Source: Camelus dromedarius (taxonomy: Eukaryota). From it: a stretch of 64,000 nucleotides of DNA. The notes under the pieces are model-generated. The model did no database searches, was not told the DNA's origin, and saw nothing but the letters and a program-made list of their open reading frames with translations. Shown piece after piece: positions 35,988-49,165 of the stretch; within the stretch, counting starts at the first letter, position 1; every line of letters starts with the position of its first letter. The stretch lies in the NCBI RefSeq assembly GCF_036321535.1, contig NC_087436.1:28460001-28524000 (forward strand). Direction: 5' to 3'. Both the position numbers and the translations under genes were made by a program.

Positions 35988-36141
35988 GGAGCTTGCATCA
36001 GAACCACCTACAGTCTATTCAAACATAAACTATGGAGACTTAGCCCTGGAGTTTTTGATTCAGGCCTGAGAATTTACATTATTAAAAACTTCCTGGTGTT
36101 ACTCATGATGCTGGTCTGGTGAGAACACTTTGAGAACCACC
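35988..36141. mobile_element. MER5A (hAT-Charlie MITE) fragment
   Basis: gcatcagaaccacct...tgattcaggcctgagaatttacatt...ttcctggtg...gatgctggtctgg..acactttgagaaccac. Confidence 0.8.
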
Positions 36142-36170
36142 AAAACCCTAAAATAACTAAAGAACTCTAG

Positions 36171-36688
36171 TGTCCCACTAGCCTGTTGCTACATAACAAA
36201 CCCCTCCAAAACTTTGTGACTTAAAACAATTTATTATAAGACCTCATGGCTCTGTGAGCTGACTGAGCTTGGCTGTGTTGCTTCCTCTGGAAGGCTGCGA
36301 GGAAGAGCCTGTTCTGTACCCCTGTCGGTTCTTGGCAATCTTCAGAGTCACGTTGCTTGTAGAGCTCAGCTTTTCTCTTCACATGACATTCTCCCTGTGT
36401 CTGCCTTTGTCCAAATTTCCCCTTTTTTAAGAGGACACTAGTCATACAGGATTAGAACCCACCCTGATGACCACATTTTAACTTAATTACCTCTGGAAAT
36501 ATTTCATCTCCAAAAAAAGACATATTCTGAGATACTGGAGGTTAGAACATCAACATAGGAATTTGGAGGAAGACATAAGTCAACCCACAACATAGGGTTG
36601 GCCCTGATTCAAAGGGAGGGACCACAGGAGGATGTGAATACTGACGGGTTTGGGTTTATTGGGCTGGCTTTGTATATTAGCTATCACA
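36171..36688 (-). mobile_element. Composite MaLR LTRs: MLT1B/C-like core (about 36280-36592) inside an older MLT1H-like LTR
   Basis: gttgctacataacaaacccctccaaaactt..gacttaaaaca at left; gtccaaatttcccc...acattctgagatactggaggttag...tcaacccacaaca core; gattcaaagggaggga...gtgaatac...tatcaca at right. Confidence 0.7.
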
Positions 36689-37474
36689 TTTCCTTATTTT
36701 GAGAAATACCAGGTAGCAGGGAAGTATGGAAGAAAGTGCCAAAATGTTTTTTTTTAAATACACACAGTAAACGTTTCCATTATTCCTGTGTTAGTTTCAC
36801 TCATTAATTCATTCTTTCTTTTATAGTCAACTAATATTGACTGCCAAGAATAAAGTCAAATGCCAAGATGACTAACACAAAAAAAGACTTGTTTTGTTTC
36901 TACATTGAAAGGAAAAATACAAACTTTAATCTTTAAAACAAATTGCCACTGGCATTATCAACTATTAAAATTGAAGTAAAATGAAGGACAGAATTTATTA
37001 CTTTTAATTGTATATAATGATGATTAAAATATCTTCTCTCCTAATTTGTTCTGAAATATTGTGCCCTCCTTTAGTTTTACTTCAGGTGCAGATGGAAAAT
37101 TATTGTTAGAATGATAAATAAATTAGGAAAAATGTCCTCTCATCCTTTATAAGACTTCAATTTCACAGTTTTCATCAGGTAGTAAAATTCAAGAATTTAT
37201 TACTACGTTAAATGTTTATTCTTAACCACTTGAAATTTAAAAAGAGAGAGACATTCTAACTCAAAACTTTTACTTATACAAAAGATGTTTTAAAATATAC
37301 ATTTATCTTAGTTTTGGTGCATATAATTAAATGAGAATTTAGTCATTTTCCTTAAGGAAATGAATAAAAGAAACATACTCCTCAGATTCATTTTGCTGAA
37401 AATAATTTGGTTTTTTGCTCTTATTTATGTTAACATGATTGAATTCAATGTACACTCACCCATGAATTACAATA

Positions 37475-37885
37475 TTTAGTTCTTGGGCTAGGAACTGGTC
37501 CTATAATGGTGAACAAATAGGCATATTACCCCTTCTTGGAGTGAATTTTACATTAGGAAGGCAAACATCAAAAAGCTAAACTGCTACAAACACAATGAAA
37601 ATTTATTAAAAGGAATCTAAGTTTTAAAACATGATATTTAATCTGAGAACTGAAATAAATAGGATATAAATGGAAAAAGATGAGATTATCTTGAGATGTT
37701 TAGAGATAGTTTTCACAAGAGAGTTGATAGTATACCTAAACATTCAGAAGTGCCATGTCTTAATCTTCAGTTCATCAGAATTGAAAGAATTCAAACCTAA
37801 CAGAGTTTGAGAAATGAGCCTGGAGAAATAGTCAGGGACCAGATTAATAAGGTTTGCACAGATTATTAGGATTATTAGTCAACCT
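37475..37885 (-). mobile_element. L2 fragment
   Basis: tgggctagg...ataatggtgaacaaatag...cttggag...; gagaaatgagcctggagaaatagtcagggaccagat. Confidence 0.5.
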
Positions 37886-38115
37886 TTATTTTATTTGTAC
37901 TTGATGATCTAGCTTTATACATTTTTTAATATGTAATGCATATTTCCTTGCTATTATATGAATCAGAGCCCTTTTTATTATGCATTATGATTAGTATATC
38001 ATCATTAATCATGATTATATTGAAATCAATAGATTTTTTAATGTAGAGATTTTTTTTTTTGATTTATGAGTCCTTTTTAGTACCTCTGAAACTTGCATCA
38101 AAACTTCCTTCTGCT

Positions 38116-38225
38116 CACTATTTACAATAGCCAAACATGGAAACAACCTAAATCTCCATTGACAGATGACTGGATAGAGAAATCTCCATTGACAGATGAC
38201 TGGATAGAGAAATTATGTATATGTG

Positions 38226-38301
<76 letters not shown>

Positions 38302-38826
38302 ATGGAATAATACTTAGCCTTAAAAAAATAAAATAATGCCATTTGCTGCAACAAGGATGGACCTGGAAATTGTTATTCTAACAGAAATAAGCCAGAAAAA
38401 GAAAAATACCATATGACATCATTAATATGTGAAATCTAAAAAAAAGACAAAAAACAAAAAACCCACAAATGAACTTTTGTCACAAAACAGAAACAGTCTC
38501 ACAGACAGAAAATAAACTTATGGTTACCAGTAGGGGAAAGGGGTGGGAAGGGATAATTCAGGAGTTCGAGATTTGCAGATACTAACTACTATATATAAAA
38601 TAGATAAACAACAAGTTTATACTGTATAGCAGTTTATACTGTATAGCACTATATTCAATATATTTTAGTAACCTATAATGAAAAAGAATATGAAAATGAA
38701 CATATGTATGCATATGTATGACTGAAACATTATGCTGTACACCAGAAATTGACACAACGTTGTAAACTGAGTATAAAAAAATTAAACTTAAACTTTTAAA
38801 ATTGTACATTAAAAATAAAAAAATTT
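38116..38826 (+). mobile_element. 5'-truncated lineage-specific L1 3' end with poly(A) and TSD
   Basis: cactatttacaatagccaaacatggaaacaacctaaa..., gccatttgctgcaac.., cttatggttaccag, tgctgtacaccagaaattgacacaac; TSD AAACTTCCTTCTGCT (38101-38115) / AAAGTTCGTTCTGCT (38827-38841). Confidence 0.95.
38216..38301. repeat. (TA)n(TG)n compound microsatellite inside L1
   Basis: Directly visible long perfect TG run. Confidence 0.95.
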
Positions 38827-39649
38827 AAAGTTCGTTCTGCTACTTATTGCAAGTGAAATAAAAATTTGAAAAAGTATTTATTCATATAGGCACAAAGTTT
38901 ATGGTTATATCTGTGAAATCTCATTACTTTTCTAAAAAAATATTCTTCACAACACTTTTATCCAGGGTAAAGATGAAACAGATCAATGCATTATTCAGTA
39001 TATTAAAAAGCACAATAAATCCAATCCTCTAACCCACACTTCCTCTTATGTTTCTTAATTTTCAGATTTTTTAAAAAATACAATTAGTAATACTGATTTT
39101 TAAAAGAGCCTAAACAAATAAGAGGGCATGCAATTGCAACTGGGAATGAGGGAATTAAGAAATGTAAAATTAAGTATTTTAGTTTAAGAACATATACAGA
39201 ATAACTAGAGCAAATCCACCTTTGGAATCACTTAACCAAGAAAGGGAAGGACTTCCTTCTGTAAAAGTGATACCACCTGCTTAATATATCTACTGAGAAA
39301 CAAAATTGGATTAGACTAATCTGTAAAGATTGTAGGCGATAAACCAGGCAGAAATTCCTAGTGTGAAATACAGACTACTCAATGGCTTCTTTCAATGTAA
39401 TTTTATCAGTAACACGACTTTTCCTTAGTTACATCTGCTTTAAAAATGTTTTCTATTTTTCTGTATGTTCTGCAGTCAACAATTTTAAATAAGCATAATT
39501 TATTTATAAAATGATACTCTTAAAACAATTTGACTATTTATCTCCTGAATATTAAGGCTGATATTGTAGAAGTGAATCCTCCTACCAAGTGCAGTATCTG
39601 GTCTATTAAAGTTTATATTATTTGCAATGCTACATGAAACTCCCAATAC

Positions 39650-39960
39650 AATAATTTAGGTTCTTTCTGAAGAAAGTGATAGAAACCATTCTTTTTAGCT
39701 TAAGCCAAACAAGAGAAAGGAGTGGAAGGATACTGTAGTAAATTACAGAATTTGAGGAACAGATGAGCAGAGCTCCAGACAAGAACCTCAACAGTAGGAA
39801 TTTTTGGATTTTCTCTATGGAAACGCTGCTGATTCTCAAAATCAGCCCCCACACTCCCAGCTTCTCTGATTAACGGTTTCAAATCCCAGTTCCTAGAGGG
39901 AGAATTTCTAGTTTGAGTTGCATGTCAAACAGTTATGGCCATTTGGTTAGGAAAATTCAT
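39650..39960 (-). mobile_element. Old MaLR LTR (MLT1L/N-like)
   Basis: aggttctt...aagtgatagaaaccattct..tagcttaagc...ggaaggatactg..tacagaat resembles the antisense MLT1 3' end. Confidence 0.55.
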
Positions 39961-41339
39961 CACTATTTGGAACAATATCAACCACTAAGAAATTAAATAC
40001 TATTTTTAAAAATTAAAATACAACTTATTCTTGCATCTTACTTGAATATTTCTGAGACTCTTGGAGGATCACACAACTCTGCTTTCTTATTTCTTTTTAA
40101 AAAAATTGATGTCTTTCAGCCACAGGTCCATCATGAATGATTTTCTGCAGTGTAGGTGCTTAATGTAAAATAAATATTAAAAAATCAATTTAAGCATATT
40201 CCAAAATTAAGCAATGCACAATATGTGAAGGAGTTATTTAATACACACTTTACATATATGTGTATTCAGTTGACATTATTTTATGCATTAATGTTATAGG
40301 TATGTTTGCTGTACTATTTTATGCCTGTTAGTAGGAAATTCAAGCAACAAAAACAGAGAACACAGCCCACCACTTAGTAAGAATGTTAAGATTTAGTTAA
40401 CATGCTTACAGACATCCATGCATTGATAAGTAAATACATACACACATATATTTTGCATAAAGGGTCCACATAGCTTTATAAGAATTAAGTTGTATTATTT
40501 AAAGACAAATACTTCTATTTAATTTTACTTTAATTTAGGAGGAGAAACAATCATCTGAAATGGAAGAAATTATTTCCAATAACAATTCCTTCAGCACAAT
40601 ATATTAGTGACTAAAAGATCATTTTAAGTACAGTAAAAAAAGATTAAAAACCATCAAGAAATTGTAGTTGTTATTTTATGTCACGTGTTTATAATAAACA
40701 AACTCATTTTTCCAAACCAGTCGTTTTACCATATCCTCTATAACTTAGTCATTATTTCAATTAATTGTTTTTAGTCTTAATCATTTAGTTTTTTAAAAAA
40801 TTCTCACAGAGGATGATTCATTGCTATTTGAAAATTTTTGCATTTTATCTTTACATTAGGATAAATTATCTGATTTTAACTCTCTGGATCTTTTCCTTAT
40901 TCTTGTTCTATGTTTCCTTATAGTATCCCATGGCCAGTTTGCATACATCCTCAGATTCTGATGTTTGTCTCCATATGCTTTTTTTTCTCCCCATCTTCTG
41001 GGCTCCTTGAAAAATTATCCCTGTAGTTGAATCAAGTAATACAGATGTGCCTTGATGCTAGTAATTTTGTATGAAATTTTTCCCTTATAATTTTAATTTA
41101 AAAAATTAAATTTAATTTAAAAAATTCTTTCACTTTATAGAAAGGTTGTTCTTACGCATTTGAATTTCTATTCCATTTATTGATTTTTTTAACCACTACT
41201 CACTCATTATCTTTATGTTGAAGCAATATGTCTGTTCTCCTTATCTATACTTTTTTTCTCAACTTACTTTAATAATTTGGGGTTTTTTCCCTCTGTATTC
41301 CTCCATGACATTAAATTGATTTTATTCTTTCAAGACAGG

Positions 41340-41608
41340 GTAGCAGGGTGGCATTTAGTTAAGCATGGGTTCTGGAAAGACCCAGCAAGTGTCCTCATCC
41401 TAGCTTTGCAGTGTACGAAACCTGTGATCCTAGGTTTAGGCAAGCTGCTTAGCCAATCTGTGTCTGAAGTTTTATTATTTTTAAAATGGAGGAACTAGTA
41501 TTTTCTACCTCAGAGTTTTTGTTAGTACAAAAAGAGATAACACAAGCAATGTGATTATAAGTTCCTGGCATATAGTAATGACTCAATAAATATTAGATAT
41601 TATTGTCA
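41340..41608 (+). mobile_element. MIR SINE, near full length
   Basis: gttaagcatgggttctgga...atcctagct...ggcaagctgcttag..tctgtg...taaaatggagga..ctacctcagag...cctggcatatagtaa..ctcaataaatattag. Confidence 0.88.
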
Positions 41609-41921
41609 TTTATCAAATTTATGTAGAAAGTAAGCAATGATACAGTAGATTGTTCTCAATCTGATTCTCTAGTTCAACTTCTTTATTATCTCATTTTATT
41701 GTTTTATCACCTCCTTTTTGAGCTTAGGTATGATAGAATTATTAGTACAAAACTCTTCAAAAGAAAAATAGGAAATCAATTTCAATCCCTTGGAAAATGT
41801 TCTCTTCCAGCCTGAATTTTGCATCTGCCTTTTATATGCTATTTATTATCTTTTGGTGGTTTTCCTATTGTGTTTGCACAATAGGACATTTTTCAGGCCG
41901 TTTTTCAGGCCATTTATTTCA

Positions 41922-41994
41922 TTTTTTTTTAATTGAAGTATAGTCAGTTTACATTGTTGTGTCAATCTCTGGTGTACAGCAGAATGTTTCAGTC
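41922..41994 (-). mobile_element. Extremely truncated L1 3' terminus
   Basis: T-run then aattgaagtatagtcagtttacattgttgtgtcaatctctggtgtacagcagaatgtttcagtc, antisense of 38720-38775. Confidence 0.85.
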
Positions 41995-42264
41995 TTATTC
42001 ATAGTTCCCCTGTTGTCTCTTATTTTCCAAAGTCTCTCTGTATCCATCTGGCCTATTTCTCCAACAGAGGAATGGGTTTTTTTAAATGGCAGCTGGTTTC
42101 CAAGAGCAAAAGTAATAAACTGCCTCAGTCTGGAACCACATAGCACCGGTTTGACTTTATTCTGTTGGTTTTATTGTCTCAAAAGTCACAAGGTCAATCA
42201 TGGGTAGTGGACATAAAGATCTCTTTGTGATGGGGGAGAAGCATATTTGTACAGAGATGGAAAT

Positions 42265-42355
42265 AATTGTTTTTCACTGTTGTAAATTCTCCAGAGTCCA
42301 AAACAATGCTGTCACATTGTAAATGGCACATATTTGTTGGATAGATGACTGAATA
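42265..42355 (+). mobile_element. L2 3' terminus
   Basis: ttcactgttgta..tccagagtcc..aacaatgctg.cacat...atatttgttggatagatgactgaat. Confidence 0.55.
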
Positions 42356-42406
42356 TCACCTTCATCATTGCGTATAGTTTAAGAATATATTTTAGAACAG
42401 GAATAG

Positions 42407-42485
42407 CCCCTTCCCCTCTCCTCCTCCCCCTTCTCTTCCTCCTCTCCCTTCTGTTCCCCATTTCCTCCTTCTTTTTCTTCTTTTA
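42407..42485. repeat. Polypyrimidine tract
   Basis: About 78 bp almost pure C/T. Confidence 0.85.
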
Positions 42486-43594
42486 CCACAGACCATCTAT
42501 TATGATAGAGAATCTTAGACTACATTGTGAGAAATGTTGCCACGTATTATTCTTCTGAAATACACTGGCTTTCAAATAATGATATGTAGCACAGCATTAA
42601 AAACTGAGGTCAGTAGCAAGAAACTAAGCAAATGTTCTGATTTGTGTGTTATTGTGTGTTTACAGATTGATAAATATTTTATAAACATGTGGCTTGTAGA
42701 TTCAGATGTTTGATTTTTCTTTGAGAGCCTTCTGAGGAATCTCAAGGTTTTTCCTACTTTTCTCCAATCCCTTATGGTACATTTAATCAAGAACAAAGTC
42801 CTTCACTGTACCATAGCTTTTGCACTGTGGTCTGTTTTTCAATTTGGAATTTGTTTTTTGAGATTTGCTATTTCTTCAAATGAGCCTGGACAGAAGTGAG
42901 CCTATTTGTTACATATGCAGAGGAGAGTTGGCCCACACACTCTTTCTTTATTTTCCTTTTATTTCTTGTCTTTGGACTATCCCTGTACTATGAGATAGAG
43001 AAGTATGGATCAGCTTGGATGCTATTTCTACCTCTGGATGTTCCTTCCATTCTTTCTTTAATTCTATTTTCACAGGCAGGTGAAACCCATTGTCATGCTG
43101 CCATTTGGTGGTTACCCACCTTGAGAAGGTGGTGTTTCTATCCTGAATTCTCCATTCAGACTCTTGTATCTCACAGTTGGTGAAGCTACATATTGTTAGG
43201 CCTGCTGCTGCTCCCTTCACACAATGGCCTCCCTCAGAGAAATTTACTCAAAAGCTCTTGCTTTGGCACTATCTGAGCATGTGGAAAATACCGTTTTTTG
43301 CATAACTTATTCTTGCTTATTACCAAAGTAATAAAACTCAAATGCTTAAATATCAAGTGTTCCTTTTGGAGTTTTTGAGAGTGATATATGTTTCACAAGA
43401 AGGCTGAGGGAAGAAATGTGTTGGTCTCCAAAATCAGTGTGAAATTCTGTTGACTTACTATTAAATATATAAAACAGCTTGGCAAAAGATAAAAGATATT
43501 ATTATGATTTCATTTGTGATTTTACACTAAGGCATCCCTGAAATTTAGCTGAATTATTTAACAATGTTTAATAATGAACATTTCCTTTTTCATT

Positions 43595-44115
43595 TCTGGG
43601 GTTCTTCAGAGAAGGAGAACCAATAGAAGCTCTAATATGTATGTATATTAATATTACATATTACATGCAATTATTATATTTGATATTAATAACATACATA
43701 TGTTAATATTATGTCTGCACACGTTTTATACATATATGAAATTTGTGGTAAGAAATTGGCTCATGCAGTTTTGGAGGCTAGCAAGTCTAAAATTCATACA
43801 GCAAGCTAACAGGGTAGAGATTCAGGTAAGTGTGTGCAGTCTTGAGTATGAAACTGAAAATGTAGGTTTTCTTTCTATGCTGCAGTCCAAAGGCAGAATT
43901 CCTTCTTTGAGAAACGTCATTCTTTGTTCTTAAGTCTTCAACTGATTGTATAAAGTCCATCCACATTATGGAGGATAATCTGCTTTATGTAAGTCAACTG
44001 ATTGTACATGTTAATCACATATAAAAGGTACCTTTATAGAAACATCTAGACTAGTGTTTGACCAAATACCTGATTACCAATCCAGATAAGCTGACACATA
44101 AAATGAACCATCACA
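43595..44115 (-). mobile_element. ERVL solo LTR (MLT2 family)
   Basis: gggttcttcagagaa..gaaccaatag + AT repeat + aattggctcatgc...ccacattatggaggataatctgcttta...gactagtgtttgaccaaa...gacacataaaatgaaccatcaca. Confidence 0.9.
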
Positions 44116-44927
44116 GTTTCCTTCCATTTTGATTTGACTTCAACCTCATAAATTTCATTTTCACTTCATCAATAATATTCATATTTTTTCATTATAAAGT
44201 TTCTGACAAAGACAGTTATCAAAATAAATGCACTGCTTTATTTTTAGAAAAACAGTTCTACATTAAAATAAGCTGTTTATTAAACACATGGAATGAATCC
44301 AGTAGAATAGCAGCATGGTCATATTAAATGAGATTTGATAGAACAAAGAAAATTAACAAAGAAGAATGATAATTCTCTACTATTTTGAAACCTACTAGGT
44401 TGGAAATACATCTTAATTTACATACTGGCTTTTCAAAAAAATTATTTAGTAGAACTGAAGTTAGAATTGGAACATTTGCATTAGTAATTATGTGGTTCAT
44501 TTTAAAGAAGATAGTCATATATGAATACCTAACATTATATTGAAGATTATGCTTCAGTTCTTTATTTAATTTTTTAAATACTGTATTCATTGCATATTAT
44601 TGTGCCTTGTGTACATACAGAGGAGAAACAAAGAAGGCCCAGGAGAAAGAAAAATCTGAAATAGACTTTTAAACTGTCTAAGCATTGAATGGGTCACCCA
44701 ATCTTCACAGAGACCCATTAGTGTAGAGTGGGAACCTTATTGGCTCAAGGTATTGAAGAACACTCTCAGACCAACCATTGATGGACAGCTGTGCTCTGCT
44801 GACAACAAAGGTGGCACCTAGGAAGCCAGGATTAAAATAAAAAAGAAGAATTCATGGGAAAAAGGCAGTTATACAGACACAAAAAACAAATAAGTAGTCT
44901 GGTACTGGTGATGCACATAGGAATTCC

Positions 44928-45274
44928 TGTAGTTTGTGTTCCCCCTCAAATTCGTATGTTGAAATTCTAATGCCCAAGGGAATGGTATTAGGAGATGGGA
45001 ACTTTGGGAGGAGCTTAGATCATGAGGGTGGAGCCCTCATGAATGGGATTCTTATTCTTATAAAAGAGACCACACAGAGTTCCCTAAATCCTTCCACCCT
45101 GTGAATTTGCAGTGAAAACATGGTCATTTAAGAAATGCACTCTTATCAGACACTGAATCTATCTGGACCTTGATTTAGGTTACCTAACCTCCTGAATTGT
45201 GAGAAATAAATATTTGTCATTATTAAGCCATCCAGTTTATAGTATTGTTATAGCAGCCCCCATGGACTAAGAAA
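44928..45274 (+). mobile_element. MaLR solo LTR (MLT1A-like)
   Basis: aaattcgtatgttgaaattctaa...catgagggtggagccctcatgaatgggatt...tgtgagaaataaatat...gttatagcagccc...gactaaga. Confidence 0.9.
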
Positions 45275-46344
45275 AGATTGACTGCAAAGCTCTAATTGAC
45301 TGCAAAGCTCTAGGTTATGCTGAAGGTTGCATATCCTTAGTAGTTATTTGAAATCTATTCTCCCCTTACCCCCAACACACAGCTGAAGATTATGAGCTAA
45401 AGACTCTGCCAGAACTAAAATTAATATTATGTCTTTAATACTTAGAATTAACAAAGGCCAACAATAAAAGTGGCTGAGATTAAGCCACTTAGAAGTCACA
45501 GAAGGAAATCATTTCAAGTCAGCCAAAAAAAATTATCATTTGTATACCTAATCTGTGATGTGCAAAATGAGTGATGTTGATCATCAAGGTGAACAGGGAA
45601 AAGTGAAGATTTCAGAGTAAACCACCACGAGAAACAGAAAAGGGAAACTGTGAACAGGAAAGGTAAAGCAAATGCATCAATGCTGCAATTTTTATAAAAA
45701 TTTAGAGACCCCAAATTACCTTGCCTTTTCTACTTTATGATTCAAGGTTGCATTTCCCTAAGGGAGAGGGACACTTGTTATTTGGCAATATTACAGTTAG
45801 TTATGTCACATGCTGGATAGCAAATAATAGTTCCTTATGTGCAAATAATTTTGAGAGAAAGGGAAACTTGTAATCATGTAGTTCAAATCCTGAGAGATTT
45901 AGAATTTCCTATTGCTTTTGCAAGAGAGGTCTCGTAAGGTTCCTAATCCATATTTTTTTTCTACAAAAATAAAGGGTAATTTTTGCAATCCTAAAAATAC
46001 CATATTTAAAAAGAATCACAATGTATCACAAATAAACCACATCCTTCAAGAGACCTCTCCTTGAGCCCTGATAAGGACCAAAAACTAATGTCAGCAGAAT
46101 AAACAATGTAGTGTACAATATTTACGTGTAAGTTGTTTCAAGGAAAAGATATGGTTGATAATTACTGTAATATCTGATCAACTAAATTCTAACTCTTTAA
46201 ATATATTCTATGCTTTAAATTATTATATGCTTACACTCATCTAACTATAAATTATATTGCTATTTCTATTAAATGGAAGTTTTATTTGAATACTAAAATT
46301 CCGTAACTATTTTATGTAAAGTACCAGTAATTATAGTAATGACA

Positions 46345-46895
46345 ATATTTATTATTTAATAAATATTTATTCCATGCCAGACAAGAAGGAGGCAACATTT
46401 GTGCTAAGGGAAATTACACTGTAGCAGCAGGAGAGAGATGATTTAAATCAAACCATTGAATAATAGTAATAATAATATGTTAGATAGTAGTAAAGTAGCA
46501 TGACGGAAATAAGAGAGTACTGATACTGGGGAAGGGGAGTGGGGAATCAGTGCTTTTGCTTAGTGTCTAGGGTAGGGCTCCCTGAGGGGCAACATTAAAG
46601 CTAATGCTTCTCTAGGGAGAAAACATGCAAAAATCTGGTACAAAAACCTTGCAGGCAGGAGGGTAAGCACTTTTAAACACCCAGGGGTCACACAAGCCAG
46701 AGTTTAAGACTCAGAAATTTCATTAGACTGGATGAGCGTTGAGTTAGGGCAGCCTGCTACCAGATGGTGCTGCAAATGTGAATAGGCATTACAATGTAGG
46801 GCATTTAGCTTACCATGTGGAGCTTGTATGCATTCTAAGTGCAACAATATATAGAACAATTATTAAAGTATTTAAGTGAAAAAATATGATATAAC
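46345..46895 (-). mobile_element. L2 fragment
   Basis: atttaataaatatttatt...tgccag..., gggtagggctccctgagg..acatt, gcaggcaggagggtaagca, attctaagtgcaa. Confidence 0.55.
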
Positions 46896-48169
46896 CAGAA
46901 AATATCCTTCCTTTTCATAAGTTGAGCAGGATAAGGAAACTCAGCAAAGAATTTGTTAAAATGCTTAACGGAAGTAAGATTTAGTCTTTGGCCAAGTCTT
47001 AATATGGCTAAGTAGAAATTATTACTTTTACTTTCACGATAGTCCTCTACATCCTTTAGAGCAGACCAACTGGTGCATGATTTGAAAACATGTAATGAAG
47101 GAAAGAAAAAAAAGAAACTAAATTAATAATTGAAAAAGAACTTATCAACAAAGAAGAACCCTATAAATTATCAGTCAGGTAGGAAAATATTAATTTTTTA
47201 TGAATTTTGATTATATAGTCCCCAACGGAAGCTCCAGAGCTTCAGAGTGTGTGTGTGTGTTTCTCATAGTTACAAGGATCTTCAAGGACCTCAGACTCGG
47301 AGGTCCTATGCCTACTACATATATATGGTGTGTCAGTGTCCATCACTGAAGGTTTCTGGGATAGTATTCAAAGCTGTATGTGTCAAATTTAGGGTAATGT
47401 GCTAATTAAGTATATTTGTGTATTGCATATATGAAAATTATATATATTAGAAGATCAGATATTGGGGCAACATCAGTATCACCACTGGTAGGTGAAAATT
47501 TGAAAGACAGTGATTAGAATAAGTAGAGTTTGGGAAAGAGAGACCTAGGGTAAGAAGAGTGTGGTAACCTGGCAATGGCAAACTATTAAAGTATCTGGGT
47601 GATTTTTTCCCCTAGATTTGAAAAATGTTATACTTAGCACACAGCTATAAAAATTCCACTCCTATATTGCAATTGTTTTTTCTTGTTGTTTTGTTTTGTT
47701 TTAATTATCCCCAATCACTCAGTTAAGTTTGATGCAATTGCCTGTTAGTATTGCGGAGAATAAAGACAGAAGGCAAGGAAAGTCCAGCTTGTTCTACCTC
47801 AACCTCCTTACTCGCACTGAAAAAGCAGCATCTAATGGGGAGATAGTATCCAGAAGTTCCAAGAAGAGCATTAATGAAAGCAAAGGCAGAAAATAGGTTT
47901 AGGAAGTGGGAATATAAAAAAAGAGAAGCAATATTTAAATGGACAGTTCTAAATAAATGTGGTATGGTGTCTCGTTTTAAAACATATACTGGAAGAAACT
48001 CATATTAGAAAAACTGAAGGAATAGTGAGGGAGCAGAATGTCTGGCATACAAATCTAACAGTAATAATGGTCCTTAACCAGCCACATCATGTGACATGCC
48101 TCAAATCATCTTAGATCACCTTCTATATGAATAACTTTTGAGAATATCAGCTTGGGACATTTGTAATTT

Positions 48170-48470
48170 AATTGGAGATCCCTTCAAAAATACTGTTTTA
48201 TGTTTGACTTTCTGCCCAGGGCTTCTCTCATAGACAGACTTTGGGAACCTGCTTCAGCACCCATGGGAGGGCAAACCTAAAAGTGCATGGCATTAACACA
48301 TCCCTGGCAACTGTTAACCAATGGAGGATAAGCAGATTGTTGAGTTAATTTCCCCTTGATCATTCCTCAGAAGTTAATTCTGTGACATATTCTAAAAAAG
48401 GACATATAAGCCATACACTGCCACAGTTGCTGCATTCCCCGTTCAGTTCACCCAGGAAAACAAGCATATG
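48170..48470 (+). mobile_element. ERVL LTR16-like fragment
   Basis: aaagtgcatggcattaacacatccctggcaactgttaaccaatggaggat...ttaattctgtgacatattc resembles the LTR16 core. Confidence 0.55.
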
Positions 48471-48777
48471 ACTTTTTTTTTAATGGATTCTTATGTATTG
48501 AAATCAACTGTTTAGAAAGGACTGGTAAAACAGCAGTATTCTAAGTAATTCTCAGTTACATATACCTATATTACAAATGTGTACATTTACCCGAACCCTT
48601 TTCTTGGGTCTGTTTTTAAATTCTGCAACCAGATTCCTACCCAGTATCTGTCTGGTATGGTCCAGTTGACCTAGTGGATAATTTCAAGAGTGCTGAATTG
48701 CATATCCACTTACTTGTATTAACATGACATTATAATGTAGGAATGGGTTGGTGTTGAAGACTACCTAGTTTGGAGCA

Positions 48778-49165
48778 TGTTATGGTGGTAGCTAGTACTG
48801 ATTCAAGGAATACTTCAGCTCTGAAGCTCAAGGACACTTAGTAGCTTTATACATTCTGGCTACCCTCTAGATGGGTGGGATGGGATGAAATTAGTTCTGG
48901 TTGTTTGTTACGTATAAGTCAAACATTTATTTGCAAGCATGAGATCTTTCCATTCTACTTTCCCCTGGTACAGGAACTGGCAAACACAGGAGCCCTTCGG
49001 GATCAGCCTTGAGTCCTGAGTGGTTATGATAAGCAGAAATCCCCTGAAGATCTGAAAATTTGTGACAGACATGTAGATTGGTTGAGAAATTACTTGTTTA
49101 ACATTACGAACATTCTGGTATCATTGATTACCATCATATAACCCAGACCCAGACTTAGTGACAAG
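48778..49165 (+). mobile_element. Old MaLR LTR (MLT1I/J-like)
   Basis: aaacatttatttgc..tgaga...tctactttccc...tcagcct.gagtcctgagtg...agcaga..cccc...gacatgtag..tgagaaat. Confidence 0.6.

Noticed and set aside
47285..47307. 8-bp hairpin aggacctc/gaggtcct (similar short stems near 28438, 45469, 56383 and 59091)
   Set aside because: Several 7-8 bp stems are expected by chance in 64 kb.
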